Source of the DNA: Octopus vulgaris
Lineage: Eukaryota
Length of the DNA stretch: 64,000 nt
Direction: 5' to 3'
Assembly (NCBI GenBank): GCA_951406725.2
Contig: OX597837.1
Location: 11,842,001-11,906,000, forward strand
Below the pieces are notes generated by a model, which did no database searches, was not told the DNA's origin, and was given only the letters and a program-made list of their open reading frames with translations. Shown here one piece after another: positions 1 to 46,815 of this stretch; positions within the stretch are counted from its first letter, which is position 1; every line of letters starts with the position of its first letter. Position numbers and translations under genes: made by a program.

Positions 1-24
1 ATGGCATGCACTGCTCTCTCACTC

Positions 25-90
<66 letters not shown>

Positions 91-93
<3 letters not shown>

Positions 94-488
94 CAGTTGA
101 GCATGTCCCTTAGTGGTTGACGATATATGCATCTCTGATCACGAGCAGAAGTAGTCGGGGAGCATCATAACCATGTGTTGAGAGGGATTCTTTGGGGTTT
201 GAATAATTCACCTCTGGAAAAAAGTGTTTCGTTCAACATCCTTAAACGACCCTTCTTCAGGGACTTTTTGAGCGGGATGGGTTACTCAACCAGAAGAAAA
301 TTCTAACTGGGCCCCACCTGCAAGGTCATGTGCTGTTTATCTTGATATGAGATCACCATGTCGCACACATATGATAGTGATGCATGTGCCTGGTGTACCC
401 TTATCAGACGGGTGGTCATGATGGGTATACTGGGCTTCATATATTTTACCCCAGTGTCACTTTGATGGCATGCACTGCTCTCTCACTC
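91..488 (+). mobile_element. Family D copy flanked by (AAT)n on both sides
   Basis: reverse complement of part of 27368-27923; the end of another copy occupies 1-24. Confidence 0.85.
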
Positions 489-522
<34 letters not shown>

Positions 523-570
523 TCGAAAAATACCTTAGGAATGAGAACCCAGGTTCGAAATTTCCCCAAG

Positions 571-614
571 ACACTTGATGAAGGCTGGAGGGTATATCAG
601 CCGAAACGTTGTGT
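571..614 (+). ncRNA. Minimal hammerhead ribozyme with C3>U, in a Penelope-like fragment (~521-660)
   Basis: acac-TTGATGA-a-GGCTG gagggtatat CAGCC-GAAA-CG-TT-gtgt; palindromic AACGTT. Confidence 0.65.
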
Positions 615-1413
615 TAACAACAAACAAAATTAGGACAAATATCCGTCAAATGTAAATAATGCATATACTGTCAGTATTTAATTACCAGCAGTAATTAAAA
701 TATCAAATCATTCACATTGTAAATAGTTCAAACGAACGCCACCACCATCAACAATAGCAAGATCAACACCTACAAGGAATGTATTTTAATATTCAAGCAT
801 TTAAACAAAAGAATATAAAAGGACTACAAACGGCAGTGACTGACTACAATAACAGCGGCAATAAACGAGTTTTATTAGTCAATTGTGTAACAACAGATTA
901 TAACACATGAAAAGAGCTGTTTAGCTCAAGTGGCTAGATTCGTGTGTGTGCACGTGAGAGATATGTTTGTCAGCAATGACAGTGGATTGATGACGTCATC
1001 GAATTTCTTAGGCCAAAATTAAGTCATGTTAGTTCCTGCAGCTGGCGGATTTTAAGCTGTGTTGGTTACCAGACAAACGATCTATACATACCGAAGGATC
1101 TGTCAAAGAAAAGGCGCCAAAGACAAAATTGTTAATGACATTCTTATGCATGCCGGGCAAAATGCTTAGTGGAACTTTATCCGTCTCCAAATTCTGAGTT
1201 CAAATTCCACCAGGGTCAACTTTACCATTCATCTTTTTTGGTGGGGAGGGGGTCAATAAAATAAATACCAGTTATGCATTGGGGGTTGATGTGATCGATT
1301 TACCTTCTCCCCCTTAAATTACTGGCCTTTTGCCAAAGTTTGAAACCACCACCACCACCACCACCACCACCACCATCATCATCATCGTCATCATCAATAT
1401 CATTATTAATATT

Positions 1414-1490
<77 letters not shown>

Positions 1491-1512
1491 CATTATTATT
1501 ATTATTATTATC

Positions 1513-1567
<55 letters not shown>

Positions 1568-2220
1568 GGCGGTGGTAGGCTGGAAGGATCATTAGCACAC
1601 CGGGCGAAATGCTTTATGGTATTTCGCCTGTTTTCATGTTCTGAGTTCAAATGCCGCCGAGGTCGACTTTGCCTTTTATCCTTTCGAGGTCTATGAATTA
1701 AGTACCACATAAAAAGTAATGGTATGAGTCCCATCTAAAATGCAGTGGTGATGGTCCCACGTAAAAAACATTGGTGGGAAGCATGATTCTTACCCCGTGC
1801 AAAACGATTCTGACTGAATGAAATGTCTTATTAAAATTAGGGTAACGAGGAGTTGACGGTAAAGAAAATAAAAGGAGAGGTCCACAACGAAATAAGTTTA
1901 GGAACCGCCGTGGTCGAGGCTTGAACTTCGTTTAGATTGGTTTATAAACTGTGATCAACAACTTCAAACAACGACAAATAACGTTGTCAGAGTTCGGTGA
2001 GCGGGAGTCAGTCCCCAGGTGCCGCTTTTATAAGGGTCGGCACTTTGGGGTCAGCTGTATACACTAGCGTAGGGAGGAACGGTAGGGGCGGTCTGCCCCG
2101 GTCGGCACTTTTGGGCCTGCTGTAAGTAATATGTGTTTTTTTTTTTGTGGGGTCCGGGGGCAGCAAACGGAAGGGCCGCTCCAGGTGACACACACACTAG
2201 CTACGCTGTGACTGTATAAA

Positions 2221-3108
2221 GGCGGCGAGCTGGCAGAAACGATAGCACGCCGGGCGAAATGCCTAGCGGTACTTCGTCTGCCGTTACGTTCTGAGTTAGT
2301 AAATTAAGTACCAGTTACGCACTGGGGATCGTTTGTCTGTCCTTGTTTGTCCTCTCTGTGTTTAGCCCCTTGTGGGTAGTAAAGAAATAGGTATTTCGTC
2401 TGCCCCTACGTTCTGAGTTCAAATTCCGCCGAGATCGACTTTGCCTTTCATCCTTTCGGGGTCGATACATTAAGTACCAGTTACGCACTGGGGTCGATAT
2501 AATCGACTTCATCCGTTTGTCTGTCCTTGTTTGTCCTCTCTGTGTCTAGCCCCTTGTGGGTAGTAAAGAAATAGGTATTTCGTCTGCTGCTATGTTCTGA
2601 GTTCAAATTCCGCCGAGGTCGACTTTGCCTTTCATCCATTCGGGGTCGATAAATTAAGTACCAGTTACGCACTGGGGATCGTTTGTCTGTCCTTGTTTGT
2701 CCCCTCTGTGTTTAGCCCCTTGTGGGTAGTAAAGAAATAGGTATTTCGTCTGCCGCTACGTTCGGAGTTCAAATTCCGCCGGGGTCGACTTTGCCTTTCA
2801 TCCATTCGGGGTCGATAAATTAAGTACCAGTTGCGCACTGGGGTCGATATAATCGACTTCATCCGTTTGTCTGTCCTTGTTTGTCCCCTCTGTGTTTAGC
2901 CCCTTGTGGGTAGTAAAGAAACAGGTATTTCGTCTGCTGCTATGTTCTGAGTTCAAATTCCGCCGAGGTCAACTTTGCCTTTCATCCTTTCGGGGTCGAT
3001 AAATTAAGTACCAGTTACGCACTGGGGTCGATATAATCGACTTCATCCGTTTGTCTGTCCTTGTTTGTCCTCTCTGTGTTTAGTCCCCATGTGGGTAGTA
3101 AAGAAATA
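2221..3108 (+). mobile_element. SINE family A, head plus tandem body multimer
   Basis: ggcggcgagctggcagaa head, B-box-like gagttcaaattcc, central gcctttcatcctttcggggtcgataaattaagtacc, repeated ~170-185-bp bodies; TSD tgtataaa. Confidence 0.85.
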
Positions 3109-3379
3109 TGTATAAACCTGTATAAGCCTACAGGGCCCGCGGGAGTAGGGCCCTGAACACAACAGCTGACTCGGACAATACGCGCTCTGGATACGTTAAT
3201 GACAACGACGACGTCTAAGAGAAATGTCAGGCAAATGAAACTGCTGCTGTGATAGTCAGTCGGAGAAGCAGTTGTGCGACCGGAATTCGTCTGTCAGAGC
3301 ATTTGCTGTGATTAGCTGTGGCTAAGATATCACAGTAGGAAAGAAGCAGCTGCTTAGGTCAGATCTTCAGGTGGAGACC

Positions 3380-37322
<33,943 letters not shown>

Positions 37323-37563
37323 TAATCAACTCGGTCGTTAATTTCGTTTCCATGCTGAAGATAAGGAACTAAAGTCTTTTGGTAATTATTAAAATCATTA
37401 GCAGGGAGTCTCCTTTTAAAGGGAATTAACTCTGATCTTATTAAATTTATCTCCCTTGGCCACCCATGTCAAGCGATGTCGAAAACTGTACTGTGTATGA
37501 TAAGTTATATCAGAAATTAATAGTTTGACTGTGTTGTTGCTATAATCATTTATGTGTCAAGTA

Positions 37564-37675
37564 AATAAATCGTTGAAAGATTAATTTATTGCAGGAGTTG
37601 TCCAAAGATAAGCTCTTGGCTACATTCTCACTTTTCTTAACGTGAAACCGATGGTAGCCTTAATTCGCAAATAAA
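37564..37675 (+). terminator. Candidate TTC38 polyadenylation signals
   Basis: AATAAA at 37564-37569 and 37670-37675, 240-350 nt after the stop. Confidence 0.5.
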
Positions 37676-37857
37676 GAATCTTTATCCATCAATGCAGTGT
37701 TGAGCACTCGTTTTCATGGTTTCACATTTACGTATATACAGTGCTCAGGTGCACCACAATCTATTTAAGTAAGGTGTAATTCATAACCATATGAGAGAAC
37801 ATCATTTTACTAATTGGACTGTGGCCATGCTGGGGCACTGTTCCGAAGGGTTTAGTC

Positions 37858-38136
37858 CAGGCCTGAGGGCCGCTTCTATACTAACAGAATTGAAAGCGTT
37901 TTACTTTTTCATATTATTACAATAACGAATAAATGATCGCTGATTCAACAGGAAATATTATCGTTGCAAAAACAGTTGTATCTTTCTTTTTTACTTTTCA
38001 TTAAAATCTTTAATTTTTGATAAAATTTTCAAAATGTTTGTTTAAATAAACCCTTTTCAAGAAAGTATCAAGCCGGCTGCAACATAAAAGTCTGTGGGCT
38101 GCATGCATCTTGCGGGCCTCAGGTTGGCCAGCCCTG
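37858..38136. mobile_element. hAT-type MITE inserted in a family B SINE
   Basis: CAGG...CCTG ends, 8-bp TSD gtttagtc. Confidence 0.7.
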
Positions 38137-38619
38137 GTTTAGTCAAACATATCGACACAGGCACTTATTTCTATTGATCTCTACTGCTGAATCAGTAAGT
38201 TATGGAACATAAACAAACCAACACCAGTTGCCAAGTAATGAGTGTGTGGTAAGGAACCTGCTAAGGCATACTCACAAAAGGTAACACATACACACACAAC
38301 AGGCTTCCACATAGTTTCCCAAATTCACTCACAAGGCATTGTGTGACAAAGACACGCACATATATATTTCCAATGGGCTTCCACACTGTTTCCACTGACC
38401 AAATTCACTCACAGGGCATTGGTCATCCCAACACTTTAGCAGACGTCGCTGGCCCAAGGTGCCGCACAGTGGGACTGAACCCAGAACCATGTGGTTGCAA
38501 AGCCAACTCTGTTTTATTAAAAGTTTTCATAATTTTTAAAAAATCACCTGAAAGAAGAAAGGCAGCTAAATATTTCCAAAGAAATAAAACCAAAAATAAA
38601 TAAACAGTTAAATCAATGA

Positions 38620-38720
38620 AGCATAATGAAAAAAACCCCACAAAGAAACCATGAAAAAAGAAATTTATTTATTACATTTTTGTACAAAAAAATTATATAC
38701 ATTGTGTAGCACAATTTTTA
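38620..38720 (-). terminator. Minus-strand polyadenylation site (candidate end of PHF20-like 3' UTR)
   Basis: overlapping AATAAA hexamers (plus-strand tttatt 38664-38669 and 38668-38673), upstream TGTA elements, downstream GU/U-rich tract ggtttctttgtggggtttttt. Confidence 0.6.
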
Positions 38721-39006
38721 AATAAATATTTACAAAGAATATTTACAATATGTGTCAGGTGATCAGATTGACTTTCACACACCTGCACATATATATATAT
38801 TAACAGGTTTTATGGTTTCTGTACATAATAAACCATGACATGTTCAATGCACACACTTAAGGGATGTGTATGTAGAGTCTGTTTCTTGTGTTTCTGAAGA
38901 CTAGATTTAAACCTCTTGTCCAAAGGTTGCACACGGCTGTTGAAGGGGATTGATCTTCAGCCCTTACCATCTTTATTGTTACTTCTGTTTAGTATTCATT
39001 CAGACA

Positions 39007-39305
39007 GTGGAGGCGCAATGGCCCAGTGGTTAGGGCAGCGGACTCACAGTCAGAGGATCACGGTTTCGATTCCCAGTCTGGGCGTTGTGTGTGTTTATTG
39101 AGCGAAAACATCTAAAGCTCCACAAGGCTCCGGCAGGGGCTGATGGTGACCCCTTTTGTACTCTTTCGCCCCAACTTTCTCTCACTCTTTCTTCCTGTTT
39201 CTAGAGGAATGTTGCAATGGACTGGCATCCCGTCCAACTTGAGGAAACTGGGAAACCGGGCCTATGAGCCTGGCTACGCTTGAAAAGGGCGCATAAATAA
39301 ATAAA
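39007..39305 (+). mobile_element. tRNA-derived SINE with V-domain-like segment
   Basis: tggcccagtgg / gtttcgattccc boxes, gcaatggactggcatcccgtcc, (TAAA)n tail, imperfect TSD ttcattcagaca / tccatttagaca. Confidence 0.7.
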
Positions 39306-41681
39306 TCCATTTAGACAACTAAATGAAAACCAATGGCACAGTTATATTTAGTTACCACTCATACAAAGGTTTTATTTTCTGGTGTGCTTGCAAAGAGCTG
39401 TTGAGTCAAGTGAAGTCGTCATCAAGGCTGATGCCAATAGTGATGGACCGGCACCCATGCTGCTGACACATAACAAGCACCATTCAAGCGTGGTCGATGC
39501 CAGTACAGTCTGACTGGCTCCCAAGCCGGTGGTATGCAAAAAGCATCATTCAAGCATGGTCGATGCCAATGCCGCCCGACTGGCTCCCATGCCAGTGGCA
39601 CGTAACAAGCACCATTTGAGCATGGTCAATGCCAGTGGCACGTAACAAGCACCATTCGAGCGTGGTCGATGCCGCTACTGCCTGACTGGTCCCCATGCCG
39701 GCGGCACGTAAAAAGCCCCCCACTACACTCTCGGAGTGGTTGGTGTTAGGAAGGGCATCCAGCTGTAGAAACTCTGCCAGATCAGATTGGAGCCTGGTAC
39801 AGCCTTCTGTCCTCAGTCAAACTGTCCAACCCATGCTAGCATGGAAAGCGGATGTTAAATGATGATGATGAATGAAACAGAAAATACATTAAAAAAACAT
39901 CTTTAAATATAACTGATGGTAGCAATGGTAAATACACGCATACAAGTATTTTTTTCCCCTGGTTTCATGTATCATGAAGGAATTTTTGTTTTGGAAAAAT
40001 TCTTTTAATAATGAAATGGAAAATAAATCAAAATAGCATCTTTACTGTTGCTAATCACCAGTATTTAAAACATGAACCAGATTATCAGAGTGGAAGAAGC
40101 TAACCCAAAATTATTTATTTAACAGTGTCAAGAGCTTTATTCCACACAGACTGATAACCTCTCAAACTGATCAAAGAGGCCATGGCAGGAGGGCCTGGTG
40201 GGGTTAGAGAGAAAGACACTTCAAGTTTATCTCCTAGTAACAAAGATTAAAAACGAACAAAAAAATAAAAACGAGTTTGTTTTTTTTTCCCCTCAAGGCC
40301 ACAAACTTCTAGAGTTGGTTGGTTATCTCTATAACCTAATATGGGACATGTGAAACAAAAGCAAAGTTGAGATTTGAACATGGAACGTGGCAGTTCACAT
40401 GGGGCACTGGCACTCCTGTCTATTGCACTTCCTGCTGATTCTACCAAAAATAATAATTCTAAATTTTTGGCCCGAGACCAGCAATTTGGAAGGGAGTAAG
40501 ATAGCCAATTACAATTGACCCCCCCAAAAGGATGAAAGGCAAAGTCAACCTCGATGGAATTTGAACTCGGACCATAAAAACTGATGGAATGCTACCAAGC
40601 ATTTTGATGTGTGATAAGAATTCTAATATAATAATAATCCATACCACTATAAGCACAAGGCCTGAAAAAATGGGGGGGGGTAGCAACAAATCAACCTCAG
40701 GACTTATACTTCGTAAGCCTAGTACTTATTCTATCGGTCAGGGATATAAATACATCACCATCGGTTGTCAAGCAATGTTGGGGGAACAAACACACACATA
40801 TATATATATATATATACGATGGGCTTCTTTCAGTTTCCGTCTACCAAATCCACTCACAAAACTTTGGTCGGCCCGAGGCTAAAGCAGAAGACACTTGTAC
40901 AAGATGCCACGCAGTGGGACTGAGCCAGGAACCATGTGGTTGGTAAGCAAGCTACTTACCACACAGCCACTCCTGTACCTATTTACATAAGCAAAAGCAT
41001 ATCCAAGTTCCTTGAGATGGGCCATCTCCAGAAAGAAGAGAAAAAAAATAAAAGCACATTCAAACGGTGCCATTTCTTTCCAGATCTCCACACAATCATG
41101 TCCAGTCTGTTTACTGTTCAACAGACCATGCCCAGAAACAGGTGAGAATTGGTTCTTCCGGCCAAAGAAAACTGCCCTCAATGTGATCTTATTGGTCTCA
41201 TGCGTGGAAAAGTAGATGTCAAGACGAGGTGAACACAACAGTAACTCAATGACTCACAATTTTCATTTTTTCAATCATTTCAGCAAGGGGAACAAATCTA
41301 GGCATGCTTCAGTCTTACTAGACCTCCTTAGCAGAACATAGACATTCACCCAAACCTGCTGAAATAGTGGTGAAGGAATCAGCTACTGATTGAACAATGT
41401 TGTACATTACTTCATTCGTTTTGCCTCCGTTTCTTTCCAGGCTTGCATGGGTTAGATGAGATATGTTATTGAGGCAGCTCTACAGTTGGATACACAGCCT
41501 GTCACTAACCCTTACCTGTTTTTTCAAATAAGGGGTCTCTTATTTCACATATCTTTGATGGAACAAAGAAAGCATATAACTGGTTGTGAAGACATGTGAT
41601 AACATCACCATCACTCAAAGCAAGTAGCAGACTTCTATACAGCTAAATGATGATATATATGATATATATATATATATATGA

Positions 41682-41910
41682 CGGCGAGCTGGCAGAAACG
41701 TTAGCACGCCGGGCGAAATGCGTATCCATATTTCGTCTGTCGATATGTTACGAGTTCAAATTCCGCCGAGGTCGACTTTGCCTTTCATCCTTTCGGGGTC
41801 GATAAATTAAGTACCAGTTACGCACTGGGGTCGATGTAATCGACTTAATACCTATGTCTGTCCTTGTTTGTCCCCTCTATGTTTAGCCCCTTGTGGGCAA
41901 TAAAGAAATA
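41682..41910 (+). mobile_element. SINE family A full-length monomer (others at ~30708, 49155, 52465, 61147; many decayed copies)
   Basis: complete head-body-tail ending taaagaaata; the copy at 61147 has a flanking duplication gaaataggtataaaaccag. Confidence 0.85.
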
Positions 41911-42125
41911 TATATACATATAACTTTATAAAATTTATAAATTTGAATAGTGTTCACTTCTGGATCCTCTCACTCTGTGAAAGTTTCTAGTTCGAATCAC
42001 ACGTGTCTCGAGATGTGCCGAAGATTTTCTATTTTGGATATATTTGGGGTACTTAGGTCTGCTCAGGACTTAGTGTTTGCTTTTGCCATGGGTATGAGTA
42101 AGTATTTCATTTATGTCTTACGTAT

Positions 42126-42186
42126 TTATCGCTGACGAGGAGAAAATTCTTATGAATTAACCCCGAAATTGGGACCAATACGGTAA
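42126..42186 (+). ncRNA. Type I hammerhead ribozyme, intact core
   Basis: stem I ttatcg/cggtaa; core CTGACGA; stem II gg(a)g...cccc extended by aattc/gaatt; GAAA; stem III attg/caat; cleavage triplet AUA (after 42180). Confidence 0.75.
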
Positions 42187-44016
42187 TAACGGATTTTTTA
42201 GAAATTTCTATCGGTTTGTTTCGAGACGTATAAATAATAATGGTTATTGATAATTTTTGTCTTTTTTTCAGCATATTTGGCATTAGAATTTTTCTTTTGT
42301 CCTTATTTTGTAAATTAAATATATATATATAAAGCACCATCCGTTCGTGGCCGTTGCCAGTGGCACATAAAAAGCACCATCCGATCGTGGCCGTTTGCCA
42401 GACTTGTCTGGCACGTAAAAAGCACCCACTACACTCATGGAGTGGTTGGCGTTAGGAAGGGCAAACTGGGCCTGGTGCAGCCTCTGGCTTTCCAGACCCC
42501 AGTTGAACCGTCCAACCCATGCTAGCATGGAAAGCGGACGCTAAACAATGATGATGATGATATATATATATATATTACCATCACCACCATTTAACATCTG
42601 CTTTCCATGCTGGCATGGGTTAGATGGCTTGACAATGAATTGCAGGGCTACATCCCATTGTCTCCAGCTGCAACGGAATGAGCACCATCACAAGACAGTT
42701 GCCTCTATAGCATTCAATCTTTGTCAAGAGCATTTTAGGGGGAAACGGTGGCGGAATTTCGGATTAACTTTAATTCCAAACAGCTTAATAAACAAACAAA
42801 ATTATTTTGCTAAATTCTTATTTCCAAAAATTAAACTGAAACAAAGAAATATGCTAACAAAATGATTAAGAACCAGAATTATTTAGAATTATTTTGATGC
42901 CAAAAGCCAAAGAAAAAAAGATCCATGACCACCACCACCTCAAAGAAGCATATTAAACCATTAAAATTTTTTAAAAATTAATAAAATAAAAGAAAACAAC
43001 AAAACCAATATTTGGTCTCTACCTTTTCTTTTTTTTTTTTTTTAAATTATATTTTTTTTTTATTTCAAAACTAAAAAGTTTTAACATTTTAAAAACAAAT
43101 TGTCTTTTTACAACTTCAGAAAAAAAAAATTTTCGGAACCATTTTCTGTTTATAAGACAGAAACAGTTTCTTTGAAGGGTTTTCTCTCCAACCCGCCCAC
43201 CCAACAAGGGTTTTTTTTGCTTTGGTTCTTTTAATCTCCCTGATACTGTAAGTTTTTGACACTAAGTTTGGATTCTTCCAGATTTACCCCATTATTGCTT
43301 CTTCCAACTTCAAAGCTCAACTTAGCAAGTTTCATGGCTTTTCTACATAATGGCTTCAAATTTTGTCACAGGGCCAGCAACGTCAAGGAGGTGGGGGGTA
43401 TGTCAATCAAGCGGACCCCAGTGTTTAACTGGTATGTTTTACATCAACTCTGAAAGGATGAAACGCAAAGCTTGAAGGAACAGCGCTAAGCACCTTGTCA
43501 CCATGTTAAGGACCCTGCCAAGTTGCCCCCTTTTATATACAATATATATATATACATAGGGTAAAGACCCACCTTTTTGGTCATGAATAACTATGGGATC
43601 ACACCTAGGAAGTTCCCCTCCGAGGCACAAGTCCAGGCAGGGTTGTTTGTGGAAGATCAGCAGTCGCCCATGCATACCAGCCTTGCCTCTCCGTGCCACC
43701 AATGTTATCCAAGGGGAGAGCAAAGGGGCCGATACAGCTTGGCACCAGTGACATCACAACTAATTTTTACAGATGGGTGAACTGGAGCAACGTGAAAGGA
43801 AGTGTCTTGCTCAAGAACACAACACGCAGCCTGGTCAGGGAATCGAACTCACTACCTCGTGATTGTGAGCCCAACACTCTAACCACACACAGACACTAAC
43901 ACACCAATATTCATTTTACCAAGCTGGCATGGCTGGCCCCCACCTTGGCATTTGACAGACTGCTCTAGATGCTGAAGGGCTAAATATATACGGATGCAAC
44001 ATGAACAAAAGACGGC

Positions 44017-44057
<41 letters not shown>

Positions 44058-44479
44058 GAGAGAGAGAGAAAGAGAGAGTGAGAGAGAAAGAGAGAGTGAG
44101 AGATAGAGAGTGAGAGAGAGAGAGTGAGAGAAAGAGAGAGAGTGAGAGAAAGAGAGAGAGTGAGAGAAAGAGAGAGAGTGAGAGAAAGAGAGAGAGTGAG
44201 AGAAAGAGTGAGAGAGAGAGAAAGAGTGAGAGAGAGAGAGAGTGAGAGAAAGAGAGAGAGTGAGAGAGAAAGAGAGAGAGAGGGGGGAGAGAGAGAAAAG
44301 GACCATTAGCAACATGAAAAAAGGAAGCTTCTACCTATTTCATTCAACCCCATTTTGACATTTCAAGTAAAATCTACAGCAAGCACTCCCGGATTTCCTT
44401 AAAGGGGTGGACGTGTTTTCAATATGTATACTGCATTGGGAGCAGGTTCCTTAGACATTTTTGTTTCTTCCATCCATAC

Positions 44480-44680
44480 CAGTGCTTTCCAAACTTTTTG
44501 CTGGAGCGGAACCCCAAGGAAACATTCCACTGGCTCGAGGAACCCCTGTGCAATAATTTAATAGTCTTATGCACACATATCTGCACAGGAGAATTAAAAA
44601 TTACTGCCGATTTTAGCAGTTTTGTAACTTCTTGCGGAACCCCTAGACTGTACTGGCGGAACCCTGGTTGAAAACCACTG
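44480..44680. mobile_element. hAT-type MITE
   Basis: cagtgctttccaaac / gttgaaaaccactg termini; perfect 8-bp TSD atccatac. Confidence 0.85.
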
Positions 44681-46452
44681 ATCCATACACTAGACCAAGG
44701 GTCACCGAACATTTTTCACAGGGGGCCAGATAACCGAGAGAACAATGATCGCAGGCTGCTTAACCATTTTGTGCAATGCCATACAGCGAATACACAATAA
44801 AAGACAAGCAACATATTTCTTCACCGAAAAGTTAAGGCGACGTTAGCAATAAATTGGTATTATTTATACTAATGTACAAGTATAGTACTTCATCAAATTA
44901 TTTAAGCAAATTTAATATATGTTTAATTTAGAGTGTGTCAAGCAAGGTGACCACCCCTGCTTTGGAAAAGACAATACAGAAAGGCTTTGGAAGCAAAAGT
45001 TCCAGAAAATTGAATTAGTACCCGTGTATGTGTGTATGTTTATATACGTACCCCAACACACAATGTCAAACATTAGAAGCACTAATTTGAGATCAAAAAG
45101 AACAAACCCACCTTTTAACCCTTACTGTGCAGGAACCAAGTGTGCACGGTTGGCCCCGTGCACGTGCACTTGAGACACAAGAACCAAGCTGAGTCATTTG
45201 CGGGAGGAGGGGGTTGATACTTCCTGGAGTTTCTCCGCATTTCATATGACACGGTTCTCACATTTTAATTTTACTGGCCAATAGAGGGCATGAGATCTGA
45301 TTCGCATATGATTAGCGAGTTACATCATCAGCAGATACTTAATCAGCACAGTGAGGGTTTTAATATATTCTTTAAATAGTCTTTTAATGTTTGTGACATT
45401 GTGTGCCAATATACAAAAACAAACATCTACAAACATGTATCTCACACACAGAGGGCAGCCTTCAACTTATGTCCAAAAGGGTTCCCATACTATTATTATC
45501 AGTGGTGGAAGAGGTGCCTATATATATTTCTAGAGGAAGATTTACGCAGACTGTGGTTTCAACATTTGTGAGTCACTGGCAACAATCCCATGACTATAAA
45601 ATTCCAATCATTTGAGTAGGTGCTGCCTCCAAGTGCAGGTGCTGTAAGAGGAAGACCAGAGTATACAATACCCAGATATGGTTTCTAGGGACCCAGAACA
45701 GATTTAAAGAAAAGACAATTCTAAGGGCCAAGAAATTGACCCAACCAAGAGCCTGATGCCCTAACCACTGAGCCATCTGCCTTCAAATTAACAGCAAAGA
45801 ATATAATAAACACAGACAGGTTCGCTTAACCCTTTTGTTACCGACCCGGCTGAAAGCAGCTCTGGCTCTGTAGTACAAAGGTCTTGTTTTCATAAGTTCT
45901 GAATTAAAATCTCCCACCAAACCTTAGTCACAATTAATGTTCCTAACACTAGCATCTCAAAATAAATACAGTAACAAAAGGGTTAAAAAGAATCCGTTCC
46001 ACCCAAAAGGACCGTCTACCTGAGGTAAGAGTTATATCCTACAAAGCAGGCAGAGTAGCCAAGGGTTGTTTTCTACTCGGCTGGTTCTCGTCGACCATCC
46101 TACACATGCATGCATGGATGACAGACATTAAACAATGATGAGGATGATGATTATCAAAAATGGTCTCATGACTTGTGGTTGCATGCGGTATACCTACACT
46201 CAAGCTCTTTTCATCCATTCCTAGCCATGCTGCTGTCATTTCTCTCTCTCACGTTCCCTCCTCCACTCTCATTTACGTCCACCCGTCTTAAACTACCTAG
46301 TACTCCCTCTAGATTTCCTGCGTACAAGACACCTTCCCCCACTGCCTGTGTTAGTGCCATAACAGAAAGCTGCCAAATCATGTCCCCTCTAGAAAGACTG
46401 GCAACCACGACAACCCCCACCCCCTGGTGTTGGTGTCACAAAAAGTGCACGT

Positions 46453-46815
46453 TGTACATACTGAGAAGTGGTTGGCAAATGAGCAGAGAAAGCATAAGGT
46501 TGTGAGGTCCCTTAGCCCTGTATCCCCAAGGACAAGCCTCTAGTACATTCTGTAAAGTAGTTGGCAAATGAACAGAGAAAGCATAAAGTTGTGAGGTCCC
46601 TTAGCCCAGTATCACCAAGGACAAGCCTCTAGTACATTCTGTAAAGTAGTTGGCAAATGAACAGAGAAAGCATAAAGTTGTGAGGTCCCTAAGCCCTGTA
46701 TCACCAAGGACAATTCAGTCTCTCTGGTGTTGATGTCACAAGGAAATCCTCCAGTACATTCTGTAAAGTAGTTGGCAAATGAACAGAAAAAAAGCATAGG
46801 GCAGTGAAGTCCCTA
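46453..46815. repeat. ~89-bp tandem repeat x4 within a decayed family C element
   Basis: tagtacattctgtaaagtagttggcaaatgaacagag at 46541 and 46630 plus flanking variants. Confidence 0.8.

Noticed and set aside
41084-41141. Plus-strand exon-like segment ttccag|...|gtgaga (about 41084-41141)
   Set aside because: It lies downstream of the TTC38 stop and poly(A) signals, with no recognisable peptide or partner exons.
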